From Actinomycetota bacterium (lineage in GTDB: Bacteria; Actinomycetota; UBA4738; HRBIN12): a DNA stretch of 51,051 nt. Shown here in pieces: positions 40,644 to 50,872 of the stretch (position 1 is the first letter of the stretch; every line of letters starts with the position of its first letter). The position numbers and the translations under genes are program-made. Under the pieces are notes generated by a model. It had not been told where the DNA came from and did not search any database. It saw only the letters and a program-made list of their open reading frames with translations. The stretch spans positions 1 through 51,051 of the forward strand of contig JBOGVK010000243.1 of assembly GCA_050692375.1 (NCBI GenBank), given 5' to 3'.

Positions 40644-41801
40644 CTAGCTCTTCGGCACGTCCTTGTTCGGGTCGAGGAACGGCAACGCCACCACGGTTGC
40701 CGCCATCGCGTCGATGGGCGCCTCGATCTGCAGATCGGTTCCCTCCGAAGCGAACCCGATCGGAGCCCACACGTACCCCATGTTCATGTCGAGTCGCGGG
40801 GAGTACGAAGCCGACGTGAGTCGACCGACGACTTCGCCGTCCTTCGTCACGGGCCAGAAGTCCTCCAGCCACATGGGAAGCGGAGGACCGTCGATCTTGA
40901 CACCCACCAGCTTCTTCGCGACGCCGTCGGCGGCGATCCTCGTGAGCGCCTCTCGCGATACGAACGCGTTGTCGTTGTCGAGCTCGACCAAACGCTCGAG
41001 TCCGGTCACCTCGAACGGGTTGTTCGTGAGGTCCATGTCATTGCCGTAGTTGAAGATCCCGGCCTCCATGCGGCGCTGGTCGCTCGGCGCGATCGGGCGG
41101 ATGTCGAACTCCTGCCCTGCGTCCATGACCATGTCCCAGAGATCGGAGCCCCGGCTGCAGTCACGCAGGTAGATCTCGTATCCGACCTCGCCCGTCCATC
41201 CGGTCCGGCTGATCACGAGCGGGATCCCGTCCACCTCGGCCTCCGTGCACCAGTAGTACTTGAGGTTCATCACTTCATCACCGAACAGCTTCTGGATCAC
41301 GTCCTTCGACCGCGGACCCTGGACCTGCAACGGGGACACGTCCGGCTCGCGGAGCTCCACGTCCATCCCGGCGAACGCCTGCACGCCCATGGCGAAGAGC
41401 AACGCGTCCGAGTCGGCGAGTGAGAGCCAGAACTGATCTTCCGCAAGCTTCAGCAGGATCGGGTCGTTCACGATGCCGCCGTCGGGCGCGCAGATCACGA
41501 CGTACTTGCATTGGCCGACCGCCGTCTTCGACAGGTCGCGCGGCGTGAGCAACTGCGTGAATCGCGCGGCATCAGGTCCGGTGATCTCCACCTGCCGCTC
41601 GACGGCCACGTCCCAGAGCGTCACGTGGTTGAGCAGATGCCAATACTCCTTGAGATCGTCGTCGTACAGCGTGGGAATCAGCATGTGGTTGTACAGGTCC
41701 CAGCTGGTACACCCGGCCTCGACGGTCCGCTGGTAGTACGGCGACTTGCGGTACCAGGTAGCTAGGTAGAACGGGAACGTCGTGTGCTGCTGATCGGTCA
41801 C
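40644..41801 (-). CDS. GcvT-family aminomethyltransferase, DmdA-like (385 aa), copy 2
   Basis: Paralog of 38881..40038 with the same length and shared blocks (GGIVNDP, DVSPLQVQGPRSKDVI, VISRTGWTGEVGYEIYLRD, EAGIFNYGNDM). GTG start overlaps the stop of the CrtI-like gene (GTGA at 41798..41801). Confidence 0.8.
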   Translation of the reverse strand: MTDQQHTTFPFYLATWYRKSPYYQRTVEAGCTSWDLYNHMLIPTLYDDDLKEYWHLLNHVTLWDVAVERQVEITGPDAARFTQLLTPRDLSKTAVGQCKYVVICAPDGGIVNDPILLKLAEDQFWLSLADSDALLFAMGVQAFAGMDVELREPDVSPLQVQGPRSKDVIQKLFGDEVMNLKYYWCTEAEVDGIPLVISRTGWTGEVGYEIYLRDCSRGSDLWDMVMDAGQEFDIRPIAPSDQRRMEAGIFNYGNDMDLTNNPFEVTGLERLVELDNDNAFVSREALTRIAADGVAKKLVGVKIDGPPLPMWLEDFWPVTKDGEVVGRLTSASYSPRLDMNMGYVWAPIGFASEGTDLQIEAPIDAMAATVVALPFLDPNKDVPKS

Positions 41802-43420
41802 GGTTCAGCCTTTCGTCGGGAGCGCTTTGCGCGCCGTCGGTCTTTCTTGATCTCGCGGACGCAGTTGTAGGCGGGGATCCCGGTTACCCCGCCGCCCGCG
41901 TGTGTCGCGCTGGAGCACTGGTAGAGGCCGCGGATCGGCGTTCGATAGTCCGCGTAGCCCGGCGCGGGGCGCATGTGGAAGAGCTGCTCGGCCGAGAGCT
42001 CGCCGTGGAAGATGTTGCCGCCGATCAGCCCCCACTCATGCTCCATGTCGTACGGACCGATCACCTGACGATGCAGCACGCTGTCGGCGAACCCCGGAGC
42101 GAGCTCGTCGTACCCGGTGATCACACGGTCGGCGTACGCCTCGAGCTCGTCGCGGTGCGGCTCCTCGTTCCACTCGTGCGGCACCCATTGCGTGAACAAC
42201 GAGATCACGTGCTTGCCCTCGGGCGCCAACGAGCGATCGAGCACCGTGGGCACCACACCATCTGAGAACGGAAGCGTCGCAGGCCTTCCAGCCCGAGCCT
42301 CCTCGAACGCCTTCTCGAGATAGGCAACCGAGTGCGCCAACTCCACGCCGCCCGACTGATCGATGAGCTCGGGATATGAGGTGAACACCGGCAACCGATC
42401 CAAGGCGCAGTTGATCTTCACGACGCCGCTGCGCGACCGCCAGGACTCGATGTCGTGCACGAAATCGGAGGGCAGCTCGCTCGGATCGAGCTGCTGCAGG
42501 AACGTGATCTTCGGGTGGATCGCCGTCACGACGAGCGGCGCCAGCAGCTCCTCACCGTCCTCGAGCGTGACGCCGCGGGCAGCTGCGTTCACCGTCAGGA
42601 TCCGCGCGACCCGGGCGTTCGTCCGGACCTCTGCCCCGAGCTCGCGGGCGCTCGACTCGATGGCGGCCGATACCGCGCCCATCCCACCCTCGGGGACCGC
42701 CCAGGCGCCGAGGTTTCCGTCGCCGACATCTCCGATCGAATGGTGCGCCATCACGTAGCCGGTGCCCGGCTCGTAGGGTCCCGCCCACGTGCCGATCAGA
42801 CCGTTCAGCGACATGACGGTCTTCACCTGATCCGACTCGAAGAACCGGTCGAGGATGTCCATGATCGACATCGTCATCAGGCGTGTGACGTCACCGACCG
42901 TCTTCACATCCAGTCCGCGGAACCGCCACACCAAGCGCAGCTGCTCGAGCAGGTCGGCCGGGCGCCTGGATCCGACGATGGGCGGCGTGGTCATCAAGAG
43001 TGGCCCGAGTACTTCCGCCAGGCCCCCGATCCACGCGCTCCATCGATCGATCGCCTCGGCGTCGTTCTTGGAGAACTTCGCGAACTCCTCGTAGTTCTTC
43101 GCCGGGTCGTCGAACTGAACGATGCAACGCCCGTCGGGGAAGGGCAGGAAGTACGGACCCGTGGTGTGGACGCGGTATCCGTGGCGAGCCAGCTGGAGGT
43201 CGCGAAGGATCGTGTCCGGCATGAGGCTCATGACGTAGCTGAGCGTCGTGACCTTGAACTCGGGCGCGTCCGGCCAGGGCGACATCGTGTCGGCCGCACC
43301 ACCGGTCTTGTGCCGGGCCTCGCAGACGACGGTCCGAGCGCCGGCTTCCGCCAGATATGCCGCCGCCACGAGGCCGTTGTGGCCTCCGCCGATCACGATG
43401 GCGTCGTAGCGGTTGGGCAT
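41798..43420 (-). CDS. phytoene desaturase (CrtI)-like NAD(P)/FAD-dependent oxidoreductase
   Basis: YDAIVIGGGHNGLVAAAYLAEAG is the dinucleotide fold. C-terminal YQCSSATHAGGGVTGIPAYN. Basic C-terminal tail KKDRRRAKRSRRKAEP. Paralog of 25674..27263. Confidence 0.85.
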   Translation of the reverse strand: MPNRYDAIVIGGGHNGLVAAAYLAEAGARTVVCEARHKTGGAADTMSPWPDAPEFKVTTLSYVMSLMPDTILRDLQLARHGYRVHTTGPYFLPFPDGRCIVQFDDPAKNYEEFAKFSKNDAEAIDRWSAWIGGLAEVLGPLLMTTPPIVGSRRPADLLEQLRLVWRFRGLDVKTVGDVTRLMTMSIMDILDRFFESDQVKTVMSLNGLIGTWAGPYEPGTGYVMAHHSIGDVGDGNLGAWAVPEGGMGAVSAAIESSARELGAEVRTNARVARILTVNAAARGVTLEDGEELLAPLVVTAIHPKITFLQQLDPSELPSDFVHDIESWRSRSGVVKINCALDRLPVFTSYPELIDQSGGVELAHSVAYLEKAFEEARAGRPATLPFSDGVVPTVLDRSLAPEGKHVISLFTQWVPHEWNEEPHRDELEAYADRVITGYDELAPGFADSVLHRQVIGPYDMEHEWGLIGGNIFHGELSAEQLFHMRPAPGYADYRTPIRGLYQCSSATHAGGGVTGIPAYNCVREIKKDRRRAKRSRRKAEP

Positions 43421-43501
43421 AGAGGGAGGAACGATCGGGAGCGTAGCGTTGAACCGCCGTTCAAGGCAAGGCGCTCCCAGGTTCAGCTCAGTGAACGAAC
43501 G

Positions 43502-43534
43502 GGACCGTCAGGGATTCGCGGTCCCTGACCGTCC
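43502..43534 (-). terminator. candidate intrinsic terminator hairpin after the MFS gene
   Basis: GGACCGTCAGGGA - TTCGCGG - TCCCTGACCGTCC forms an 8-bp perfect stem, one C-C mismatch, then 4 more bp. It starts 3 nt past the MFS stop (43537..43539). The downstream tract on the minus strand is only weakly U-rich. Confidence 0.4.
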
Positions 43535-43536
43535 GT

Positions 43537-44763
43537 TCAGCCGAGCTCGGGCGAAGCGGGCATCACTTCGAGCGTCTGCTCGGCGCCCACCTCCCGACGC
43601 AAGCGCAGCATGGGCAGCAACAGCAATGCGGCGACCGCCGCCGATGCGCCGCCGATCCCGTAGACGCCCTTCGGACCAAGGGCCTTCAACACGGGCCCCG
43701 CGAACACGTAGGCGATCGCGATCCCGACCGAGAGCAACGCGTCGAAGCCGGCCATCACGCGGCTGCGCACCGCGTCGGGCGAGCGCCGCATCATGATCCC
43801 TTGCTCCGCCACGATCGAGATGCCATCGCTCGTCCCCATCACGAGCAGGCTCGCGAGCACGATCGAGAAGGTCGGAGCCAGCAGGATCCCTAGACCCGCC
43901 GCGCCGATACCCGCCGCCCCCAGGACGAGCCAGATCGGCTCGGTGCGCTCCGTCAGCTTCCGTCCGAGCAGGCTTCCCACCACCGAGCCGAGCCCCCAGC
44001 ACGTGATCAGCAAGCCGAAGCCCGCCGATCCCGCACCGAAGTGCTCGGCGAGCGGCGCGTCGGCGACCATCCCCATGCCCGCTCCGAGCAGGAACACGAA
44101 CCAGGCGATCACCATCACGCGCAGGGGACGATCGCGCCAGATGAACCGCAAGCCGGCGGCGATGCCCTGGTGTTCTTCCTCCTCGGCGGCCGAGTGCTCG
44201 CTCGAGTAGTCCGCCTTCACGGACAGCGTGAGCAGCACCGACAGGATGAACGTCGCGCCGTTGATCGCGAACACCCACGACGGGCCGAGCGCGAAGAGCA
44301 ACACGCCCCCGACCACCGGCCCCAGCATGATGCCCGCGTTCCGCCCCAACCCGAGCAGGCTGTTCGCCCACGCGATGTCTTCCTCACGCTCGACGAGGTT
44401 CGGGATGGCGGCGGCCGACGCCGACCAGAAGGGCGACTCGGCCATGGCGGACACGAACGCGAACGCGATCAGCAACTTGGGCGCATCCAGGAATGCCATC
44501 GCGAAGAACACCGCGGCCGCGATCGACTCGGAGATCATCATCACCTTGCGACGATCGAACCGGTCGCCCAGATGTCCGGTCAGCGGCGAGAGGATCCCGA
44601 CGACGCCGAACGTGAGCAGCAGCGCGATCGATTGCCACGTGGCCGAGTGCGTCTTGTTCCACACGGTGAACATCAGCGCGGTGTAAGCGGCAGCGCCTCC
44701 CGTCACCGAGATGAGACGGCCGACGGCGAGTCTGCGAACGTTGGACCTGGGTGAACGCTTCAT
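43537..44763 (-). CDS. MFS transporter
   Basis: 408 aa with about 12 TM. GHLGDRFDRRKVM is the MFS loop 2-3 motif. Confidence 0.85.
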   Translation of the reverse strand: MKRSPRSNVRRLAVGRLISVTGGAAAYTALMFTVWNKTHSATWQSIALLLTFGVVGILSPLTGHLGDRFDRRKVMMISESIAAAVFFAMAFLDAPKLLIAFAFVSAMAESPFWSASAAAIPNLVEREEDIAWANSLLGLGRNAGIMLGPVVGGVLLFALGPSWVFAINGATFILSVLLTLSVKADYSSEHSAAEEEEHQGIAAGLRFIWRDRPLRVMVIAWFVFLLGAGMGMVADAPLAEHFGAGSAGFGLLITCWGLGSVVGSLLGRKLTERTEPIWLVLGAAGIGAAGLGILLAPTFSIVLASLLVMGTSDGISIVAEQGIMMRRSPDAVRSRVMAGFDALLSVGIAIAYVFAGPVLKALGPKGVYGIGGASAAVAALLLLPMLRLRREVGAEQTLEVMPASPELG

Positions 44764-44904
44764 GAAGCGGCTCCTGTGGATCGGGTGCGGGCGTGGCGGA
44801 CGGATCTACCGGGGACGGGACGCGGCGGTGCGCGTCAGACCGTGCCGGGGATGAAGATGGTCCGCTCGAGCCGCTTCATGGTCCAGCGAGTCTAGCAGGA
44901 GAGC

Positions 44905-46488
44905 CTACGAGGGGAGCGTGATCGCGCGGAGGCGATCGGCGCCGATCTCTGACGCGATGTGACTCAGCACGTGCGACGGGACCGGCGCGTCGACCGTGAG
45001 GCACATCAGCGCGTCGCCTCGCTCGCCTTTGCGGCCCACGTCCATCGTCGCGATGTTCACGCCGTGGCCGCCGAGGATCGAACCGACGGTCCCGATGACT
45101 CCGGGCCGGTCCGCGTAGGTGAAGAAGATCATATGCTCGGCCGGCGCCATCTCGACGTCGAAGTCGTAGACCTGCATCACCCGCTCGGCGTTCCGCTTGC
45201 CCACGAGGGTGCCTCCCACCGACACGGGACCGTCGTCCGTGTCCGCGCGGAGCGAGATCAGGCTCACGTAGTCCTCCGACATCGTCGATCGCATCTCGCT
45301 CACGGTGATGCCGCGTTCGCGCGCCAGCATCGGCGCGTTCACGAACGAGACCGGCTCGTGCACGACCTTGCCCAGGATGCCCTTCAGGATCCCGAGGGTC
45401 AGGACGCGCGTGTCGGCCTCGGCGATCCGCCCCATGTACGAGCAGACGATCGAGCGCACGCCACCGTCGGCGAGGCCGGCGAGCAACGCCCCCAACCGCT
45501 CGGCAAGCTTCACGAATGGCCGGACGATCTCCGAGACCTCGGCTCCTGCCGAGACGTTGACCGCATACGGCACGAACTCACCCCGGAGGGCGAGACGCAC
45601 CATCTCGGCCACCGTCGTTCCCGCCTTGTCCTGGGCCTCGCGCGTCGAGGCGCCCAGATGCGGCGTGACGACGACGTTGTCGAACCCGAAGAGCGGGCTG
45701 TCGGTCGTGGGCTCGACGGCGAACACGTCGATCGCGGCGCCACCGAGTTGCCCTCCCTCGAGCGCCTTGGCGATCGCGTCCTCATCGACGATGCCCCCGC
45801 GCGCGGTGTTCACCAGTCGAGCGCCGGTCTTCATGAGCGAGAGCTCGTGTTCGCCGATCAGGCCCTCCGTCTCGACCGTGCGAGGCAGGTGGATGGTCAC
45901 GAAGTCCGCCTGCACGAGCAGCGCTTCGAGCGTCGGCATGACGTCCACGCCCATCTCCTTCGCGCGATCAGATGAGACGTACGGGTCGTAGGCGATCACG
46001 CGCATCCCGAACGCCGCCGCCCGATGGGCAACCAGCGCGCCGACACGACCGATGCCGATCACGCCGATCGTCTTGCCGGCGAGCTCGACACCCTCCCATT
46101 CCTCGCGCTCCCACTTGCCCGCCTTCAGCGCCGTGTCCGCCTGCGGGATGTTACGCGCCTGCGCGAGCAGCAGCGCGAGGGTGTGCTCGGCGGCCGAGAT
46201 GACGTTCGACTGCGGGGCGTTCACGATCATGACGCCGCGGCGGGTCGCCGCTTCCACGTCGACGTTGTCCAGACCGATCCCGGCACGCGCCACGACACGG
46301 AGCCGCTCAGCCACCTCGAGCACCGCGGCCGTGACGCGGGTCTGCGAGCGAACGATCAGCGCCTCGTATTGGCCGATCTCGGCCGCGAGATCGCCTGTGG
46401 CGAGCTCCGGGCGCACGTCCACCTCGAAGTCGCGCCGGAGCAGCTCGAGACCTTGATCCGAGAGCTTCTCGGTGACGAGGACGCGCAC
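44905..46488 (-). CDS. serA: D-3-phosphoglycerate dehydrogenase (long form with ASB/ACT domains)
   Basis: 527 aa. GVIGIGRVG is the NAD fold, the catalytic region NTARGG...TPHLGAST is present, and the C-terminal ACT-like segment is ...VNIATMDVGRKGERGDALMCLTVD. Confidence 0.92.
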   Translation of the reverse strand: MRVLVTEKLSDQGLELLRRDFEVDVRPELATGDLAAEIGQYEALIVRSQTRVTAAVLEVAERLRVVARAGIGLDNVDVEAATRRGVMIVNAPQSNVISAAEHTLALLLAQARNIPQADTALKAGKWEREEWEGVELAGKTIGVIGIGRVGALVAHRAAAFGMRVIAYDPYVSSDRAKEMGVDVMPTLEALLVQADFVTIHLPRTVETEGLIGEHELSLMKTGARLVNTARGGIVDEDAIAKALEGGQLGGAAIDVFAVEPTTDSPLFGFDNVVVTPHLGASTREAQDKAGTTVAEMVRLALRGEFVPYAVNVSAGAEVSEIVRPFVKLAERLGALLAGLADGGVRSIVCSYMGRIAEADTRVLTLGILKGILGKVVHEPVSFVNAPMLARERGITVSEMRSTMSEDYVSLISLRADTDDGPVSVGGTLVGKRNAERVMQVYDFDVEMAPAEHMIFFTYADRPGVIGTVGSILGGHGVNIATMDVGRKGERGDALMCLTVDAPVPSHVLSHIASEIGADRLRAITLPS

Positions 46489-46495
46489 CGCTCGA

Positions 46496-47653
46496 TCAGT
46501 CCTGCGTGTCCAGGAAGACCCCTTCGGCGGCAGCGACGGCCGCGCCGCGCTTCACGGGATACCCGAGCCGTTCGAGCGTCATCTCGAGCGCCGCGAGCCC
46601 GCGCAGGATATCGAGCTCGCTGAAGTAGCCGAAGTGCCCGATCCGGAAGACCTTGCCCTTCAACGGACCCTGGCCAGGAGCCAGCACGACCCCGAAATCG
46701 GTGCGGATCCGGGTCGTGATCGTGTCGGCGTCGAGCCCTTCCGGCGCCCGGATGGCCGTCACGGTCCAGTTGTCCTGCAGGCCTTCGCCGAACAGGTCGA
46801 GGCCGAGCGCCTGCGCGCCCTCCTTCACCGCGCGGGACAGCGATCGGTGCCGCTTCATCGCCACGTCGACGCCGTCCTCGAAGTAGAGCTCGAGGGCCGC
46901 GTGTAATCCCTGTATCACGCTGATCGCCGGGGTCCAGGGGTTCTCCGGATCGGGCAACGCCGCGAACTGCCGATAGATCTTCCAGTCGAAATAGAACCGC
47001 GGGTTGGTCGCGCTCTCGGTCGCCGCCCATGCTCGATCGCTGATCGCGACGAAGGCGATGCCCGGCGAAGCGGACAACGCTTTCTGGGAGCCGCCGACCG
47101 CCACATCGATCCCCCACCCGTCGAAGTCGAACGGTACCGCGCCGAGCGATGACACGACGTCGACCACGGCGAGGGCTCCCGCTTCATGCGCGACCCGCGC
47201 GAGCTCCTCGATCGGTTGGATCACCCCGGTCGACGTCTCGCTGTGCGTGAGCAACACCGCCTTGGCCGGATGCTCGGCGAGGGCGGCGGCCACGTCGTCG
47301 GGACGGATCTTCGTTCCCCACTCGTACTCCACGGTGCGAACCGTGAGGCCGTAAGCCTCGGCCAGGCGCTTCCATCGATCGGAGAAGAACCCCGCGAGCG
47401 GAACGAACACCTCGTCACCAGGCGAGAAACAGTTCTGGATCGCCGACTCCAGCCCACCGGTGCCGGACGACGTCATCAGCAACACGTCGGCATCGGTCGT
47501 GCGATACAGCTGCCTCAGGTGTTCGGTGACCTCCCGCATCAGCGTCCCGAACCCCGGGCCCCGGTGGTAGACGAGGGGGCTCCCCTGCGCCAGAAGCACT
47601 TCCGGCGGGATGGGGGTCGGACCGGGTGCCAGGATGATCTCGGGCCTGTTCAC
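46496..47653 (-). CDS. class V aminotransferase (serine-pyruvate / phosphoserine aminotransferase-like)
   Basis: ORF 46496..48202 trimmed to the GTG at 47653 (VNRPEIILAPGPTPIP; GAGGAG 8 nt upstream). THSETSTGV and GGSQKALSASPG (PLP Lys). It lies 7 nt downstream of the serA start on the same strand. Confidence 0.85.
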   Translation of the reverse strand: MNRPEIILAPGPTPIPPEVLLAQGSPLVYHRGPGFGTLMREVTEHLRQLYRTTDADVLLMTSSGTGGLESAIQNCFSPGDEVFVPLAGFFSDRWKRLAEAYGLTVRTVEYEWGTKIRPDDVAAALAEHPAKAVLLTHSETSTGVIQPIEELARVAHEAGALAVVDVVSSLGAVPFDFDGWGIDVAVGGSQKALSASPGIAFVAISDRAWAATESATNPRFYFDWKIYRQFAALPDPENPWTPAISVIQGLHAALELYFEDGVDVAMKRHRSLSRAVKEGAQALGLDLFGEGLQDNWTVTAIRAPEGLDADTITTRIRTDFGVVLAPGQGPLKGKVFRIGHFGYFSELDILRGLAALEMTLERLGYPVKRGAAVAAAEGVFLDTQD

Positions 47654-47839
47654 TGCGTTCACTCCTCGGGGATCGGCGACCAGCCTAGCAGCCGACTTCG
47701 ACCCGGCCGCGGATGGAGAACGCTCACTGGCGGCAGGGCAAGGTTCCGCAAGTTCCGCAGTCGCTCGGGCGACCGAGGTCCGTATCATCGTGCGGGCCGT
47801 CGGGGGGCGAACGGGCACGCCGGGCGGCACACCTCGGCC

Positions 47840-50800
47840 ATGGCGACGCTCCGATTCCTCCTCAGGCGGTTCGCGGCCCAGCGACTGCTGGGTCTCGCCG
47901 TCGTCGTCACGCTCGCATTCAGCGTCGGTGTCCTGGTTGCCGGGCCGATCTACGCCAACGCCGCGCGCGAGGCGATCCTGTCCTCCGCGTTGAAGAGCTC
48001 CAGCGTGACCGTGGTGAACGCGCGCTACCAGGTCTTCGGCGGCGCGGATTTCCCGTGGGCCAACGCCGATGCGTCGATCACGATCGCCACGAGGCCGCTC
48101 CCCGTCGAACGCCTCGTCCGCGAGGGACTGACCACGGTTCGCTTGAACGGCGCCGACGGGCCGTCGGTTCCGTTGCTCTTCCGCGACGGCGCCGAGATCC
48201 ACCTGACGTTCGACGGGAAGGCGCCCGGCCCGGGCGAGATCGCTCTTGCCGCGAACACACCTCAGACCGCCGGCCTGAAGATCGGCGATCGAGTTGCCGT
48301 CCTCGGCCCGAACGGCGACAAGGTCCAGCTGACCGTGAGCGGCACGTTCGTTCCGCCGGACCCGAACGATCCGTTCTGGTTCGGCACGCGGAGCCCGTTC
48401 CCCCCGCCCGAGTCCACGCAGGTCCAGCCCGAGCTGGTGTCCCGCCAGACGGAGGTGTCACTCGCCAACCGGTTGGGCCTCACCGCCGAGTACTCCTGGG
48501 ACGTGTACCTCGCCCTCGACGGCGTGCCCTTCGTCGAAACACGCCCGATCCCCGATCAGCTCCTTCAGATCGACGGCGACCTTCGGGCGAAGCCTGGCCT
48601 CGCCGACCTCCGCGTGTTCACCGGATTGAACACCCTGATGCAGCTCGTCGAGCAACGCGTCGAGAATCTCCGGATCCCGATCCTGCTCGTCGTCTTCCAG
48701 ATCGGCGCGGTGACGCTCGCGGTGCTCGCCGGCGTCGGTGCCCTCGCGCTCACGCGGCAGTCCTTCGAGCTCGCGGTGCTGCACAGCCGAGGGTTCTCCC
48801 GCCGAACGCTTCTGCTGGCACAAACCCTGCAGGCCGCGATCGTCGCGATCGTCGCGTTCCCGCTCGGGCTCGCGGTCGGCATGGGTCTTGCCCGACTGGC
48901 CGGTGATTCGAACGGCCCGACGCTTCCCGGCGTGCTCTTCCCCGTCCATCTGAACGGTCCGGCGGAGCTGCTCGGCGTGGCGACCGCCGTGTCCGGTGCG
49001 CTGATCCTCGTCCTCCTCTCCCTGCCGCACATCTCACGGACGGTGCTCGAGGAACGCCGGGCGATCTCCCGCGAGGATCGTCCGCTCCTGTCCCGCCTGC
49101 CCGTGGAGCTCATCGTTCTGCCGGTCGGCCTGTTCGCGTTCATCCAGCTCCGCGGCGGAACCAAGCCTGAAGCGGGCACCGGCGCGATCGACCCACTCGT
49201 CCTCTTGGCGCCAACCCTGCTGCTGTTCGCCGCCTCGTTCCTGGCGCTGCGGCTGCTGCTGTTCGTGTTCCACCGGATGGACGGGAGGATCGGGAGATCC
49301 CGGCACGTGCCGTGGTACCTGGCGGGACGCAAGCTCAGCCGCGCTCCGGGCGCGGGCTTCGCCTCGGCACTGCTGCTGCTCCTGGCGATGGGATTGCTCG
49401 TCGTCTCGTCGTCCTATCGAGCGATCGTGCTGCGGAACCACAAGGACGCCGTGCATACGATCGTGGGCGCTGACTGGAACGTGCAGGTCTCTCCGCCGGA
49501 TGACGTCCTCCATGTGATCGATGAGATGCCGGCGGACACGACGCCGGTGATCCGCACCGAACCCGACTTCGGTAAAGGATCGTTCTCGCTCCCTCCATCC
49601 GCACTGGCGATCGACCCCGCGACCTACGCCCGCGGCGGCTGGTGGCGGTCGGACTTCTCGAACACGTCCCTCGACGACATCCTCGCGAGCCTCAAGACTT
49701 CGCCTTCGGGGTTCGAGCTTCCGCCTGGAGCGAGCACCCTCACCATCTCGCTCAACGTCCCGAAGGTCGCCGCCGGCGTTGGTTTGTCGGCCACCGTCAT
49801 CGACGCCGACGGGGTCGCCCATACGCCCGACCCGCAGCCCGTCGCCGCCGGTCCCGGGACGTACCGGATCCCGATCGACTCGGGCGCACGGCTCCTGTCG
49901 ATCACGTTCCAAGCCAGCACGTTGTTCGACCTCCCTTTCACCTTCCGGATCGAGATCACGCGAGCCGAAATCGACGGCGCGCCGCTGCTACTCGATGGTT
50001 GGGAACCGCTGACATGGCGTGGCAGCGGGGGCACGCTTTCGTCTGACGCGGGCGGATATCGGTTCGACGTGCAGATCGGCGCGGGAACGGTGTTCGCCGG
50101 ACTCCTGCCCCACCCGGAACCGATGCCCGCGCTGCTGTCGGGGTCCGTCGCGGATGCCGTGGGCGATCGGTTCATCGTCACGCTCGGAGGGCAGCAGATC
50201 GAGCTGCGCCAGGTGGCCGAAGCGAATCAGTTCCCGAGCACCATCCCGAACTCTCCATTCCTCGTCGTGCCGGTTCGTGCCTTGCTCGAGCGCGAGCTCG
50301 CGGTCCCCGAGGCGAGCATCACGCTCGGCGAGGTGTGGTCGATGGGATCGGCGAGCCCTCTGCCCGCCCTGCGGTCGCTGGGATTCGTCCCCGGCATCGG
50401 GATCCAGCAGGCTGCGCCGATCGAGGGCACCTTGGCACAACTCCCGCAGAGCCTGGCGGTCGGCATGAACTTCACCGCGGCCGCCGGGGGCGTCGGCCTG
50501 GTCGTGATCGGGGTCGCCGCGGGCTTGTACTTCGCACAGCGCCGGCGGGACTACGAGTTCGCGGCGTTACGGGCCATGGGCGCGGAACGGTCGCAGATCC
50601 GCCGCACGCTGATCCTCGAGCAAGTCGTGCTACTCGGCTTCACGATCGTGGCGGGGCTCGGCCTCGGCTACCTGCTCCTTCGACTCGTCATGCCCTCGAT
50701 CGGAACGAGCCTGGGCGTCTCCTATCCCCCACCGTTGTTGGTCATCGACTGGAAGAGCCTCGGCATCGCCCTGGTCACGATCGTGGTCACGACCTCGCTG

Positions 50801-50872
50801 GGGCTCGGCATGGCGATCCGCACCCTCATGCGATCCTCCGTCACCGGCGTCCTGCGGGGTGAGGCCGAATGA
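47840..50872 (+). CDS. large FtsX-family ABC transporter permease (two FtsX domains, about 1010 aa)
   Basis: ORF 47186..50872 trimmed to ATG 47840 ([23 protein letters not shown]...). Two FtsX-type 3-TM bundles (around [15 protein letters not shown] and [18 protein letters not shown]), each preceded by a large non-hydrophobic domain. Confidence 0.8.
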   Translation: MATLRFLLRRFAAQRLLGLAVVVTLAFSVGVLVAGPIYANAAREAILSSALKSSSVTVVNARYQVFGGADFPWANADASITIATRPLPVERLVREGLTTVRLNGADGPSVPLLFRDGAEIHLTFDGKAPGPGEIALAANTPQTAGLKIGDRVAVLGPNGDKVQLTVSGTFVPPDPNDPFWFGTRSPFPPPESTQVQPELVSRQTEVSLANRLGLTAEYSWDVYLALDGVPFVETRPIPDQLLQIDGDLRAKPGLADLRVFTGLNTLMQLVEQRVENLRIPILLVVFQIGAVTLAVLAGVGALALTRQSFELAVLHSRGFSRRTLLLAQTLQAAIVAIVAFPLGLAVGMGLARLAGDSNGPTLPGVLFPVHLNGPAELLGVATAVSGALILVLLSLPHISRTVLEERRAISREDRPLLSRLPVELIVLPVGLFAFIQLRGGTKPEAGTGAIDPLVLLAPTLLLFAASFLALRLLLFVFHRMDGRIGRSRHVPWYLAGRKLSRAPGAGFASALLLLLAMGLLVVSSSYRAIVLRNHKDAVHTIVGADWNVQVSPPDDVLHVIDEMPADTTPVIRTEPDFGKGSFSLPPSALAIDPATYARGGWWRSDFSNTSLDDILASLKTSPSGFELPPGASTLTISLNVPKVAAGVGLSATVIDADGVAHTPDPQPVAAGPGTYRIPIDSGARLLSITFQASTLFDLPFTFRIEITRAEIDGAPLLLDGWEPLTWRGSGGTLSSDAGGYRFDVQIGAGTVFAGLLPHPEPMPALLSGSVADAVGDRFIVTLGGQQIELRQVAEANQFPSTIPNSPFLVVPVRALLERELAVPEASITLGEVWSMGSASPLPALRSLGFVPGIGIQQAAPIEGTLAQLPQSLAVGMNFTAAAGGVGLVVIGVAAGLYFAQRRRDYEFAALRAMGAERSQIRRTLILEQVVLLGFTIVAGLGLGYLLLRLVMPSIGTSLGVSYPPPLLVIDWKSLGIALVTIVVTTSLGLGMAIRTLMRSSVTGVLRGEAE

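Noticed and set aside
44835-44879. 14-codon minus-strand mini-ORF (MKRLERTIFIPGTV) in the leader region upstream of the MFS gene at 43537..44763
   Set aside because: It has no Shine-Dalgarno and no obvious attenuator structure, and ORFs this short are expected by chance. There is no evidence it is a leader peptide.
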